A stretch of DNA of 47,604 nucleotides, from positions 1,612,001-1,659,604 of the forward strand of contig CP145412.1 in the NCBI GenBank assembly GCA_036867785.1, read 5' to 3'. Positions 34,860-45,132 of this stretch are shown here, in pieces. The stretch is from Plasmodiophora brassicae. Lineage: Eukaryota. The position numbers were made by a program, and so were the translations under genes. The notes beneath the pieces were generated by a model. The model was not told the DNA's origin and searched no databases. It saw nothing but the letters and a program-made list of their open reading frames with translations. Each line of letters begins with the position of its first letter. Within the stretch, counting starts at the first letter, position 1.

Positions 34860-36308
34860 TCAGATGACGGTGACGCAGGCTGGGTCAACGTTGTAAGACC
34901 GGGCCAGGTCGCGGCACTCGTCGACGAAATCGTCGAGCAGCGACTGTGGCTGGGGTATAGCCTGGCGCTGGACGGTCAGCGACACGTTGACGACCCCGTT
35001 GTACGACGAGACAAGCATCTGCGGCAGGATGTTCGTCATGAAGGTTTGCACGCCGGTGACTGTGGATCCGGCGATAACGACGGGAACTTGCGGGCCCGGA
35101 ACGTTGCTGATCACAATCGAATGCGACAGGAACAAGTCGCGGACGACTTGACGCTGTAAGGATTCCGGTACGACCTTGGCGATCAGCTTCTGCAACCCTA
35201 ACTGCAGGTATGGCTCCGGACTCGTCTTCAGGCGGGTCATCTCGTCGACGGTCCCCTTGAGACGCGACGTACTGTCGCTAGCCGACACCTGCAACGGTAC
35301 GGATAGGAAGCACCACAGGTTGTGGACCGGGTCGGATGACGAACGACTGAACGCGAACGGCACCATGGCGCGCATCGACAGGTTCGTCAGCGGCGCCGAG
35401 GGGTCGTTGCGGGACACGTAACGACGGCAGGCACCGGCCAGCGCCGTCATGACCACATCATTGATCGTGCACCCGGCGGCGTTCTTGATGGATTTCAAAG
35501 CAGCCAGGCGGATGGGTGGAGCGCAGAGAACGGCGTATGGGGGCGTACAGACAGGGTGCGACGTCAAGGCGGTGTGCGAGTCACGACGGAGAGGCAAGAC
35601 AAGAAGCTTAAACAAGGAGCGCAGAGTGTTGAGAGCATAGGCGGTCGGCGGTACCGATGGGCGATGGACTGCAGCAGACTTGGCTGTCAAGTGCGTGGCA
35701 CCTTCGACAATGGAGCTCAGAACATGAACCTGGCCAATACCATCGGCCAGAGCATGATGAATGCGGACGAGAACAGAATTAGGTGGTAGGATATGCATCG
35801 ACCATAGCGGGCGGCCGACTGGGAATGAATCCAGACAGATGGTCTCGATAAACGCATGAACAGCGGCGTCATCTGGCAGGTCAACATCATGTCGGAGCAC
35901 GCATTGCGACAGGTCAATTTCATCGATATCGAGAGGAGTGAAGTCGGTGGCACCAGGCAGCAGCGTCGATCGGAACCGCCAGAATGCATCGCGTTGGAGG
36001 ATGCCGTCGCGCACCGACTTGCAAAGTGCTGCACGCGACGGGCATCCATCCGCGAAACGAAAGAGAAGATGGGTGATGGGCGTCGGCACGTGGGCATCCA
36101 ACGGGAACGCCGACTCGTATAATTTCCGGCTGATGAAGGACATCCGGCGCGAGAAACGTGTACCATCCGAACATGAGGGACCCGTTGGCACTGCGCTGTC
36201 GGGCATCATCTTGAAACATTGCGCGAGGTACAGAACGACCGTATTCAGAAAGGCCAATACGTGGCGGAGGTAGGTGGCGAATATATCTAGCAGGGTCTGA
36301 GTGGCCAT
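34860..36308 (-). CDS. Wax ester synthase / diacylglycerol acyltransferase (WS/DGAT), intronless
   Basis: RPLW, catalytic HHALADG (HHxxxDG), TINDVV, SNVPGP, SYNG. Confidence 0.9.
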   Translation of the reverse strand: MATQTLLDIFATYLRHVLAFLNTVVLYLAQCFKMMPDSAVPTGPSCSDGTRFSRRMSFISRKLYESAFPLDAHVPTPITHLLFRFADGCPSRAALCKSVRDGILQRDAFWRFRSTLLPGATDFTPLDIDEIDLSQCVLRHDVDLPDDAAVHAFIETICLDSFPVGRPLWSMHILPPNSVLVRIHHALADGIGQVHVLSSIVEGATHLTAKSAAVHRPSVPPTAYALNTLRSLFKLLVLPLRRDSHTALTSHPVCTPPYAVLCAPPIRLAALKSIKNAAGCTINDVVMTALAGACRRYVSRNDPSAPLTNLSMRAMVPFAFSRSSSDPVHNLWCFLSVPLQVSASDSTSRLKGTVDEMTRLKTSPEPYLQLGLQKLIAKVVPESLQRQVVRDLFLSHSIVISNVPGPQVPVVIAGSTVTGVQTFMTNILPQMLVSSYNGVVNVSLTVQRQAIPQPQSLLDDFVDECRDLARSYNVDPACVTVI

Positions 36309-37007
36309 GGGTAAAGGCCGGCGGACGATGGGCGACGAGGTGGCGATGCCGATGCTGGCGGGGGAACCGGGGAGAGGCGGCGGACTCCGCTGCAGTTTCG
36401 GCGCCCGGTCCGCCGAGGCTACAATAGATCACCAAGTCGTAAAAGATCATCGCACCACCCCGCCCGTGTATTGAGCGCTCGCACTGAGGTAGTCAACGCG
36501 CTGGCCGTATTTACCTGACAGTGAAAGGATTACTCGAAGAACGATCGTTAAGAGCACGACAAAGACAGCGAGCAGGACGGTAGCTGACCAGGAATATCCA
36601 GCCCACTGACATGTTCATGTGTTAACGCGTCCTTGTCACTCTTTGTTATAACATGCAGTGAACCGGCGGCGCCTGGTTCTGGACGTGCTCCTTCGTCCCA
36701 GTGCAGGGTAGATGACGCTGTCCAATCGTACAAGGCGCGTCCGTTCAAATTTCTTGTAGGCACCGTTCTGCTCCTGTTTTTAAACTCGCTAGCTGGCGAG
36801 ATGCTGGGCTGCAGGGTGCCGAATATGCATGTGAGCTGGGCGGGTCGTAGTGGTCGCTGCGCAGGCGTGGTCATGTGGCAGTGGCCGATGTATGCTGGTG
36901 CGGGTCGGGGCGACTTGTGACGCTTCTTATTTTAGCAGGCTGTATTTGAACAGATTTTAGATAGAGGCCCCCTAAACCAGCCGTCTTGTTGGTCCTTTTT
37001 TGACATC

Positions 37008-39020
37008 CTACAGGATTTCGGCAATCACGTAGAGGAGGAATATGACTTGGAGCGAATCAGTTCTCGATGCCCGACTGGCGAAACTCGTCGCGTTCCTTTT
37101 TGCGTGATTCACAAAGGGCTGAGACGACGTCGATATAGGTTTCGGTGCCTTGTTCGCCAGTGCCGTGGACTTTCGTACGCCTGTGTTGAGCACCCGAACC
37201 TGATTCGACGGGACCAAATTTTGCATTGTTCTGGATCTCTGGTTGTGAACTATCCATGTTGTAGATCGTCGCGATTTGAAGTGGAGCGCGCGAATCGACA
37301 TTGCGCTTCGCGCTGATTTTGTAATCGGTGACAACAGGATTGCTGTACGGTTTCCCGTCTTTGTAGAGACATGAGAATGTCGAGTCGATACCACTTTTCG
37401 AATTGATTTCGTTGCCCGTCTCAAGCCTATTGTTGTGTGGGATGGCTTTGCGAAATCTTGAGTAGATATGGGCTTCTTCAACGATTCCGTTGCCAGTACA
37501 GGAGTCCGCGTTGCGGTCGACTGCATTATCTGCCGCTTCGTTGATGTTTTTGCCGCAAGAACACATTTGTCGGCTTGCACGAACTTCGAATATACATTAA
37601 AGTTCCGGTACACGATGTGGTTGCTAAACGGCAGATCACCGACAACGGATAGTATAACATCGCCGTTCCGTTTCAGAACAGCGGATTGCAATCCTTGATC
37701 CTGGCCAAGCGAAAAAATGCTGAATCCAGTGGGAGCCCTCACCGTCGACGTATTCGATCCCGAATTCATTGTCAGCATGGCCGACGTATACAGCATCGTG
37801 GCAACATAGAGCATGTCGTCGATCACCTGGCTGTTGTTGACCGGGTTCGGATTGTACGGATCTGCCATGGGCACAGCATTCTTCGAATGTGTCCGATAGA
37901 AGATGAATAACTTCTCACGCCCAATTACAGGGTACGCCCCAGTCTTCCATCGCGTACTGAAGTATCGGGTCAACTCCAAATATGCGTCGTGGCTGTAATT
38001 TGTGGCAGGGGGGCATTCTGACGAGTAGATCATCGGGGCTTGTGGCCCGATGTACGACGATTCTGCGTAATCGTTCCAAGTGACGATTTCGACGAGATCG
38101 GGCTGCGTCTCATATATAGTCTCCCACCGTTCCATCCACATTGTGGGCCCTCGATAATTGCCATAAATTCCATTGTGACTGTTTGAAAGAAATCAGTGAA
38201 CGATGGTAAGGAAGCAGCGACAGAGTATGTACTTCGGCCTGTCGTGTGTTGAGAACCATGGCCCAATGGAGGCCATGAACGCGCGTGATCGCTGGTTACA
38301 TCCCAAGCGGTAGTTGACCTCGTTGTCTGGAATCGTGGCGCCTAGGAGTTTGCCAAGACCTTTGGAGGGGTTCGGGTATCCCAACAAATTCCAGCTGAAC
38401 AATCCATCGACGACTGGGTACTTATCGATGATATTCGTTACATCAATGACACGAGGAAGACCCGTGGTGGAATTTCCACCCGACGGGACGAAGAACGGGA
38501 TGAAGTATACGCCTTTGCCGGTGATAAATGATGCCTGCGAGAAAGCGGACGCCCACCAATTGCTAACGTTCCCGACGCCCGGAATCGCCTGGCCGACGAA
38601 TGTTGACAGCATCTGTTTTCCATTTCGGTACGCCTGACTGGATCGGGACGAGAACGTAGTCAGAATGCTAACGATATCGGCCTGTGGCATGTTCTTGCTC
38701 ATGTCAAGACTGAACATCAGCTGGAATCCGGTATTCAGCTGGTCTGCGGCGTCAAATATCAAAGTTGCCCTTTGCCGGTATACCGGCGACCCGCTCCAGA
38801 CGGCCAGGTTCAATGCGAACCCGTCAATGCCGGCCGATTGCGCAAGGAGAATATCGCGCTGGAACCCGGCCATGGTAGAGTTGGTTGACGGCGAGAAGAT
38901 CATATAGTGGGCGAACAGGAATTTCCCATTCGTGGTCGGTGTTTTCACTGGCGCATCCCCGGGACAGGACGCCGTTGCGCATCCAACCACACTCAACAAC
39001 AGGACAACGTTCGCCATCAT
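37008..39020 (-). CDS. Secreted GH71 alpha-1,3-glucanase with Ser/Thr/basic linker and hydrophobic C-terminal tail; intron 38179-38232
   Basis: Signal peptide; FAHYM, GIDGFALN, FSLDM, STFVG, VDGLFSW, PWFSTH, IVTWNDYAESSYIG. A 54-nt GT-AG intron joins the two ORFs in frame (PN|HNGIYG). Confidence 0.88.
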
Positions 39021-39605
39021 GCTTTGGCCGTGATCGATCTAGGATATTCCTCGTATCGTGGCCGACCAAGTATCTGTTGCCCAGGCGTTCACTGGAAAAA
39101 TATCAGTGCCGAATTAGTGCCGTCCCCTTCATTACCCAATCGGCACCTTTTCGGCGTTTAGCGGCACCAATTCGGCACTAGGTAGTGCCAATTAAGTGCC
39201 GTTTTCGGGACCGGATTTCCCAAAAAATGCGCTCCACGGGCATTCTCCAAAAATCTCGATTGAATTTTTCCTCCGTCCAGTAATAGAATAGAATGGTACC
39301 CCAGATTCTGAGACACTATCGTATTTGGTATTGCCGTTAACAATAGAATAGAATAAGATTAACGAATGGTTTATTGAACGGTAGCTGTTTCTTGATGGGC
39401 GCCGATCCGCCGTTAACCACGACGCCAATATGCCTTCCGGATCGCCTAAGTGGCAGAGCTTCATTGTCCGCCACCCACGAACATCCTCAGGGCCTAAAAC
39501 CTGCATGTCAAATGATGCAACTGGATGTGAACAACAACGGTCGTACCCTCCACCGCCCCTGCCCGCAAGGCCGCCTATATTCATACATAACGCAATGAGG
39601 GAACA

Positions 39606-39802
39606 TGTTCATCCAGAGTACCAGTACTCAGATGATGCTGCTCAGATGCTGCTGCCACCCGGTCACATGATCATGACCGTACTCGACCCCGCAGCGGCCC
39701 TTGCTGTGACGATCCTGTCCAAATACATCAGTTCGTTATATCACCAGGCGCCGACTCTTGCGACCGACCGCCCCCGTAGTGGGCAGCGGCGGCGTTAGCA
39801 CA
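39606..39802 (+). repeat. 5' LTR
   Basis: TGTTCATCC...TTAGCACA, repeated at 44745 and inverted at 45133. Confidence 0.95.
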
Positions 39803-39845
39803 GAAGCTTCTTGCGCAAAGAGCCCCAAGCAAACGAACTCACTTA

Positions 39846-42800
39846 ATGGCAGGAGGTGGCCGCAGAGCGCCCGTTCGTCTACAGATGGAGGACGACGCCA
39901 GGACCAACTCCGACGCCGAGGCCAAGGAGCATGAATCGTCGACAGATGACGAAATCGATCGAGGGCTTCAGTCAACAAACCTGCACGGTAAGAGCCCGAT
40001 CTTTATGCCTTTGAAACCGCCCATCCTACGTACCCTGAGCCTTACGGCCAAGGACGGAATTAACGATTTCCTCAAGAAATATAGGAAACACGTCGAGATC
40101 GTTAACGAGCGCCGACTGATCTACAAGGAGGATATTCATCCGCCAACGGTGAAGTCATGCATTACCGAGGACGTCCTCAGAGGGATGTCGAAATATCGCC
40201 TACGTCAACCCGCCAGCACGATCACGGATGGCGACATCATGAGCTACTTGAGGTCAGTCCAACGCAGGGAGGCTGATGTCGAGAGTTCGACAGACATCAA
40301 GGCGCTTCTCACGAAGACAGTGGTCATGAACCTGTCAATCAAGAGTATTGAGGAACGTGTCACGTCTTTCTTCGCCAAGTTCGATGAGCTAATCGACGAC
40401 TATGGGCTACAAGACACATACGCCAAAGGAACGAAAGGAACCAAGCGCAAGATCAAGGTATTACGCGGAGGTATCCGTCCCACTGACCTTGCGGTTCTAG
40501 TCGAACGCGCGATCGAGTTCGGAGGGTGCAGGGACGCTGAGAAGGACGAGCTCAAATTCTTCGACCTCGTCGACCGTCTTGCCAAAGAGCAGGACAAACA
40601 CTTCCGGCTGCAAGCTGAGAAGAAGAAGTCTCCAGCGCAGACCATGTCCCCACCTGCAGGTAAGAAAGGTAAGGACGTTGTTGCTCCGAATAGGAATGGC
40701 GGCAAGCATCCGACAAATCCGATCGGACTGAAGACAGCTCAATCGTCCACATCGCAAACGAAAGACGAATCGAGGGACATCCCCGAGCACATCCGAAAAC
40801 GTTTCGAAGGTAAGGATCCTCCAAAGGCAGGTTGCCTAATCTGCAAGGAGCAGCACTGGGTCCAAGTGTGCCCGAAGGCAACTCAAGGAGAACGCAAAGC
40901 TGCCATTGAAAAGTTCCAGAAAGAGCGCAAAGAGAAGGAGGAGAGTAAGGGCAACGCAGACACGGCAAAGCGCATGGGCCCGCCGTCGCCGTCAACACCG
41001 TCCCCTATGAGACTTCGCTTCCAGAACTCGCTCGACCTTCCATTCGAAGCCGATAGTGGTGCGACGAAGACCGTCATTTCGCAATCGCAACTGCTACGGA
41101 TTCAAGCCATCCAGCATGTCCCAGTCAAAGTGTTCGACCATCCAACGGAGGCGAAACTTGCAACGATCGGGGCTACGACAACAATTGTCGCCACAGCGAT
41201 CGTGGACATCACCATTGTCCCACCTTCGCATGGCAAACCTGCACATCTACGCGGGCGGGAAATCAACGTATGTCGCGAAGACCTATCTGATGACATTGTC
41301 CTTTTAGGAGCCCCGGAACTGGACGCGTTGGGTATCAATCCAGCTACACAACTGAAGGAGATGTTAATCGAGGCAAATGGTCCTATCATCATCGAAGCGG
41401 ATCCGACCCCGGAACGTCACGCCCCAGGTGGTCAAGGGATCACGATGAGAGCGGTAAGACACCCGGAGGTAAGTGGAACAACTCGCGATCATGAGCCCCA
41501 ATTGGACACCAATGATCCGGGTGACGACTATGATGTCGAAATCGGAGAACACTCCGATACAGACGTGGACAGGGCAATAGACCGGATGATACAACGTGCA
41601 ACTGACTCCGGTTTCCCTAACGATCAAGTCCCGCGTCTACGCACAACTGTCAATCGACACAAAGACATATGGCGAACGAAGCTTGGCCGTGATCCACCTG
41701 CGAAAGTAAGTCCACTGAAACTACACTTCAAAGCAGATGCTCGTCCTGTTCGTTGCCGAACACGAAGGTATACCCTCGAACATCAAAAATTCATGGATGA
41801 TCACGTAGGAACCTTGGCGGAAAACGATTTTGTGTACCGCAATCCGCACAGCAGGTACGCGTCGCCGTGTCTGGTCGTCGACAAGAAGGACACGGAGGTT
41901 CGCGGCCATCGGCTGACCGTCGACATCAATGAAGCCGTCAACAAACAGACCGAACGCATTGCATGGCCGATGCCTCACATCGACATCATCCTGACCTACC
42001 TACGTTCCGCGACCATCTTCATGCTGTTCGATGCCTTTAAAGGCTATTGGCAATTTCCGTTGCACCCTGATTCGCAGGAGGCCTGCTCGTTCATGACGCA
42101 CATCGCCACGTTTACACCCAGGCGCATCATCCAGGGAATTGCTGATTGCGTGTTTGCGTTCCAGGCGGGAATGCAACAGGTGTTGGGGAAACTTCTATAT
42201 ATCTGCGCCCTACTCTGGATCGACGATATCCTCGGCTACGTATCTGGATTCGGAGCCTACATGGACACACTCGAATCTCTTCTCAACGCTTTCGACGAGT
42301 TTGGAGTTAAACTCAACCCTGATCGCTGCCAGTTATATCTCACTTCAGTGACATGGTGCGGTCGCGTTATATCCGCTGATGGAGTGTCGTTCGATCGCTC
42401 GTATCTCAACGCCTTGCACGATCTATCAACTCCTATCACGGCTGCTGATCTCCAACAGTTCCTCTCGGGCCTCAATTGGGTCCGTTCTGTTATCCCTCAA
42501 TTCGCGGCACATGTTCATCCGCTACAGGATCTACTTCTGTCCGCTTCTCGTTCTGTCAGCAGTCTGAAGAAATCACATCTACGTCGAGTTCGTTTAGCCG
42601 ACATCGGCTGGACCACTGACCATCTCACCAGTTTCAATTCTCTGAAGCATCGTCTATCGGAGGCCATGACGCTGGCGCACCCCAAGGACGAATGGATCAT
42701 GTGTCTCTTTCCGGATGCGAGTGACCGTTTCTGGTCTGTTTTCCTGTCGCAGATCCCTCCGGAAGATATTGATCTCCCGTACGGTGAGCAACACCACGAA

Positions 42801-44735
42801 CCTTTGTCGTTCATCTCGGGGACATTCCGTGGTTCTCAATTGAAGTGGGCGACCATTGAGAAGGAGGCCTACGCCATCATTGAAGGCTGCTATCGCCTCA
42901 GACACTTCATCTCTATGTCAAAGCTGGCACTTCGAATCTTCACAGACCACCGTAATTTGGTTTTCATTCTGAACCCAGCCTCGGTTGCACGAATTAGTCG
43001 GACGACCGGCGATCGCTTGGAGCGCTGGCGACTTCAGATTATCGACCTAGATTTTCACATTGAGCACATTGCTGGGGAGGACAACGTTTGGGCCGACCTC
43101 GCCACGCGGTGGGGCGTCGCCCTGCAACCACTCTCCTCATTTTCCCCTCCATCGTTCCGTTCTATTCGTCATATGGCAATTAATCTTGACTTCGACGATT
43201 ACAAGATGACCGATGAGTTTATCTGGCCGTCTGTCGACGAGATTAGTAACGCTCAGACCGACTACATTCGCCAACACGACCTATCTGCCGTTTCCGATAT
43301 TCTCCAACTCGAAGGGGACATGTCTCTCCACCTTAGCCCGGAATCTGGCTGGCGTACTCCAGACAATCAACTCTGGGTACCATCACATGCACTGCAGCTA
43401 CGCATCGCAGTGATTTCACATATGGGACTGTCTGGTCATCAACCTGCTGCATCGACTATTTCGAGCATCGCACAACTCTTCTGGTGGCCTGATCTGGATT
43501 CCTTTGTTCGTGCATTTGTGGACAAATGCTTACACTGCCTACGCAACAAAGATTCGATGATTCCCCGACCTTTTGGCACGGCTATGCATGCGGACAAGCC
43601 CAATAAGGTCATCCACTATGACTTTCTGTTCTTATCCAAACCTCGTCCAGGCGATTCTCATCAACTTCGTTATGTTCTGGTTCTGAAGGACGACGCCACG
43701 GCATTCGTCGAGTTAATTCCTTGTCAATTCGCGGATCACAGCGTTGTCGCCGAATCTCTTCTGGATTGGTTCAAACGTTTCGGCATTGTTTTCCAACATG
43801 TCTCTGACCGCGGCACACACTTCAAAAACGCGGTTATCGCCGAGCTTAATAGCCGGTTACACTGCAACCATCATTTCACAACTGCCTACACACCTTGGGC
43901 GAACGGCACGGTTGAGGTTGTCAACAAGCGGCTTCTCTTTCTGCTGAAGTCCCTCCTCTCCGAGCTAAATCTTCCATTCCAGGATTGGCCGTATGTCCTT
44001 CCGCTGATCAACATGACGGTAAATCACACTGTTCGATCAAGTGTGGGCTACGCGCCTGTCACGATGTTTACGGGTTTGCCACCCTCGACACCTATCTCGA
44101 TTATCTTCAACAAACGCATCGACGCGGTTATCGACGTACCGTTGACCCCTGACCGTCTCAAGGAAATGACGACGGAACTTATCGATTCTCTCGAGGACAT
44201 GCACAAAGCAGTGGCACGTACACGCACCCATCTACGTGATCTCAAGCAACGCGCCCGGCGTCGCCGACGCAATGTTCGCGAGATCAACTTCACGACGGGC
44301 GACTATGTTCTCGTGGCCAACCATGGCAAGCACTCCAAGTCCGAGTACAACTGGACTGGACCTGCCCAGATTATCGACACCAGCAACGACTGGGTGTATC
44401 GAGTTCGAGATCTCTTGACTGATCGTATCTCAGATGTACACGCCCAGCGCTTAATGTTCTATGCAGATGCGCACTTGAATGTCACCTCTTCCCTGAAGCA
44501 CAACATCGCGCTCACCGGCGTGGCTTACCAAGTCAACGCAGTCGAGGACATTCGAGTCAACTCTACGTCAGGTGACACTGAACTACTGATCAACTGGATC
44601 GGATTCGATGCCACCGACAATTCATGGGAACCTTACTCGGTCATGGCGGCCGATGTTCCTGATATCGTCAGGGCCTTCCTCGAACGACAAGCCGAAGGAG
44701 ACCCGCTCTGCTCACGACTGTTAGCAGATTTCTAA
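39846..44735 (+). CDS. Single-ORF Gag-Pol (1629 aa): Gag Zn knuckle, protease, RT, RNase H, integrase, chromodomain
   Basis: CLICKEQHWVQVC; ADSGA; DAFKGYWQ, LWIDD; DASD, EKEAYAI, TDHRNL; H-H-C-C plus IHYDF/SDRGTHF/NGTVE; C-terminal LINWIGFDATDNSWEP. Confidence 0.96.
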   Translation: MAGGGRRAPVRLQMEDDARTNSDAEAKEHESSTDDEIDRGLQSTNLHGKSPIFMPLKPPILRTLSLTAKDGINDFLKKYRKHVEIVNERRLIYKEDIHPPTVKSCITEDVLRGMSKYRLRQPASTITDGDIMSYLRSVQRREADVESSTDIKALLTKTVVMNLSIKSIEERVTSFFAKFDELIDDYGLQDTYAKGTKGTKRKIKVLRGGIRPTDLAVLVERAIEFGGCRDAEKDELKFFDLVDRLAKEQDKHFRLQAEKKKSPAQTMSPPAGKKGKDVVAPNRNGGKHPTNPIGLKTAQSSTSQTKDESRDIPEHIRKRFEGKDPPKAGCLICKEQHWVQVCPKATQGERKAAIEKFQKERKEKEESKGNADTAKRMGPPSPSTPSPMRLRFQNSLDLPFEADSGATKTVISQSQLLRIQAIQHVPVKVFDHPTEAKLATIGATTTIVATAIVDITIVPPSHGKPAHLRGREINVCREDLSDDIVLLGAPELDALGINPATQLKEMLIEANGPIIIEADPTPERHAPGGQGITMRAVRHPEVSGTTRDHEPQLDTNDPGDDYDVEIGEHSDTDVDRAIDRMIQRATDSGFPNDQVPRLRTTVNRHKDIWRTKLGRDPPAKVSPLKLHFKADARPVRCRTRRYTLEHQKFMDDHVGTLAENDFVYRNPHSRYASPCLVVDKKDTEVRGHRLTVDINEAVNKQTERIAWPMPHIDIILTYLRSATIFMLFDAFKGYWQFPLHPDSQEACSFMTHIATFTPRRIIQGIADCVFAFQAGMQQVLGKLLYICALLWIDDILGYVSGFGAYMDTLESLLNAFDEFGVKLNPDRCQLYLTSVTWCGRVISADGVSFDRSYLNALHDLSTPITAADLQQFLSGLNWVRSVIPQFAAHVHPLQDLLLSASRSVSSLKKSHLRRVRLADIGWTTDHLTSFNSLKHRLSEAMTLAHPKDEWIMCLFPDASDRFWSVFLSQIPPEDIDLPYGEQHHEPLSFISGTFRGSQLKWATIEKEAYAIIEGCYRLRHFISMSKLALRIFTDHRNLVFILNPASVARISRTTGDRLERWRLQIIDLDFHIEHIAGEDNVWADLATRWGVALQPLSSFSPPSFRSIRHMAINLDFDDYKMTDEFIWPSVDEISNAQTDYIRQHDLSAVSDILQLEGDMSLHLSPESGWRTPDNQLWVPSHALQLRIAVISHMGLSGHQPAASTISSIAQLFWWPDLDSFVRAFVDKCLHCLRNKDSMIPRPFGTAMHADKPNKVIHYDFLFLSKPRPGDSHQLRYVLVLKDDATAFVELIPCQFADHSVVAESLLDWFKRFGIVFQHVSDRGTHFKNAVIAELNSRLHCNHHFTTAYTPWANGTVEVVNKRLLFLLKSLLSELNLPFQDWPYVLPLINMTVNHTVRSSVGYAPVTMFTGLPPSTPISIIFNKRIDAVIDVPLTPDRLKEMTTELIDSLEDMHKAVARTRTHLRDLKQRARRRRRNVREINFTTGDYVLVANHGKHSKSEYNWTGPAQIIDTSNDWVYRVRDLLTDRISDVHAQRLMFYADAHLNVTSSLKHNIALTGVAYQVNAVEDIRVNSTSGDTELLINWIGFDATDNSWEPYSVMAADVPDIVRAFLERQAEGDPLCSRLLADF

Positions 44736-44744
44736 CACGGGGAG

Positions 44745-44941
44745 TGTTCATCCAGAGTACCAGTACTCAGATGATGCTGCTCAGATGCTGCTGCCACCCG
44801 GTCACATGATCATGACCGTACTCGACCCCGCAGCGGCCCTTGCTGTGACGATCCTGTCCAAATACATCAGTTCGTTATATCACCAGGCGCCGACTCTTGC
44901 GACCGACCGCCCCCGTAGTGGGCAGCGGCGGCGTTAGCACA
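44745..44941 (+). repeat. 3' LTR
   Basis: Identical to the 5' LTR; followed by TSD GAACA. Confidence 0.95.
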
Positions 44942-45132
44942 GAACACATGATGTTAAACGCTGTCGTTGCGTACCATTGGGGCCAGCCGGATGCGAAGGC
45001 ACTTGATACTGGGACTGCATCCGAACGCATTGTAAGTAATGGAGTCGCCAGAACCGTCGAATACGTACCGCGTCCCGCAGCGCCGCCTTGATCGCGCCCG
45101 AGAATAAAGAATAAAATGAGGTGCTGGCGAAG

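Larger units (their letters stand above)
39606..44941 (+). mobile_element. Full-length Ty3/gypsy chromovirus-type LTR retrotransposon
   Basis: 197-bp TG...CA LTRs at 39606-39802 and 44745-44941, identical by inspection; 5-bp TSD GAACA (39601-39605 and 44942-44946); short purine tract GGGGAG before the 3' LTR. Confidence 0.97.

Noticed and set aside
36548-36920. Short overlapping ORFs between WS/DGAT and GH71
   Set aside because: No recognisable motifs or coding bias.
44942-45132. Fold-back / breakage-fusion-bridge origin of the terminal inverted repeat
   Set aside because: Symmetry stops exactly at the LTR ends, the flanks differ and the arms carry many substitutions, which favours two independent insertions.
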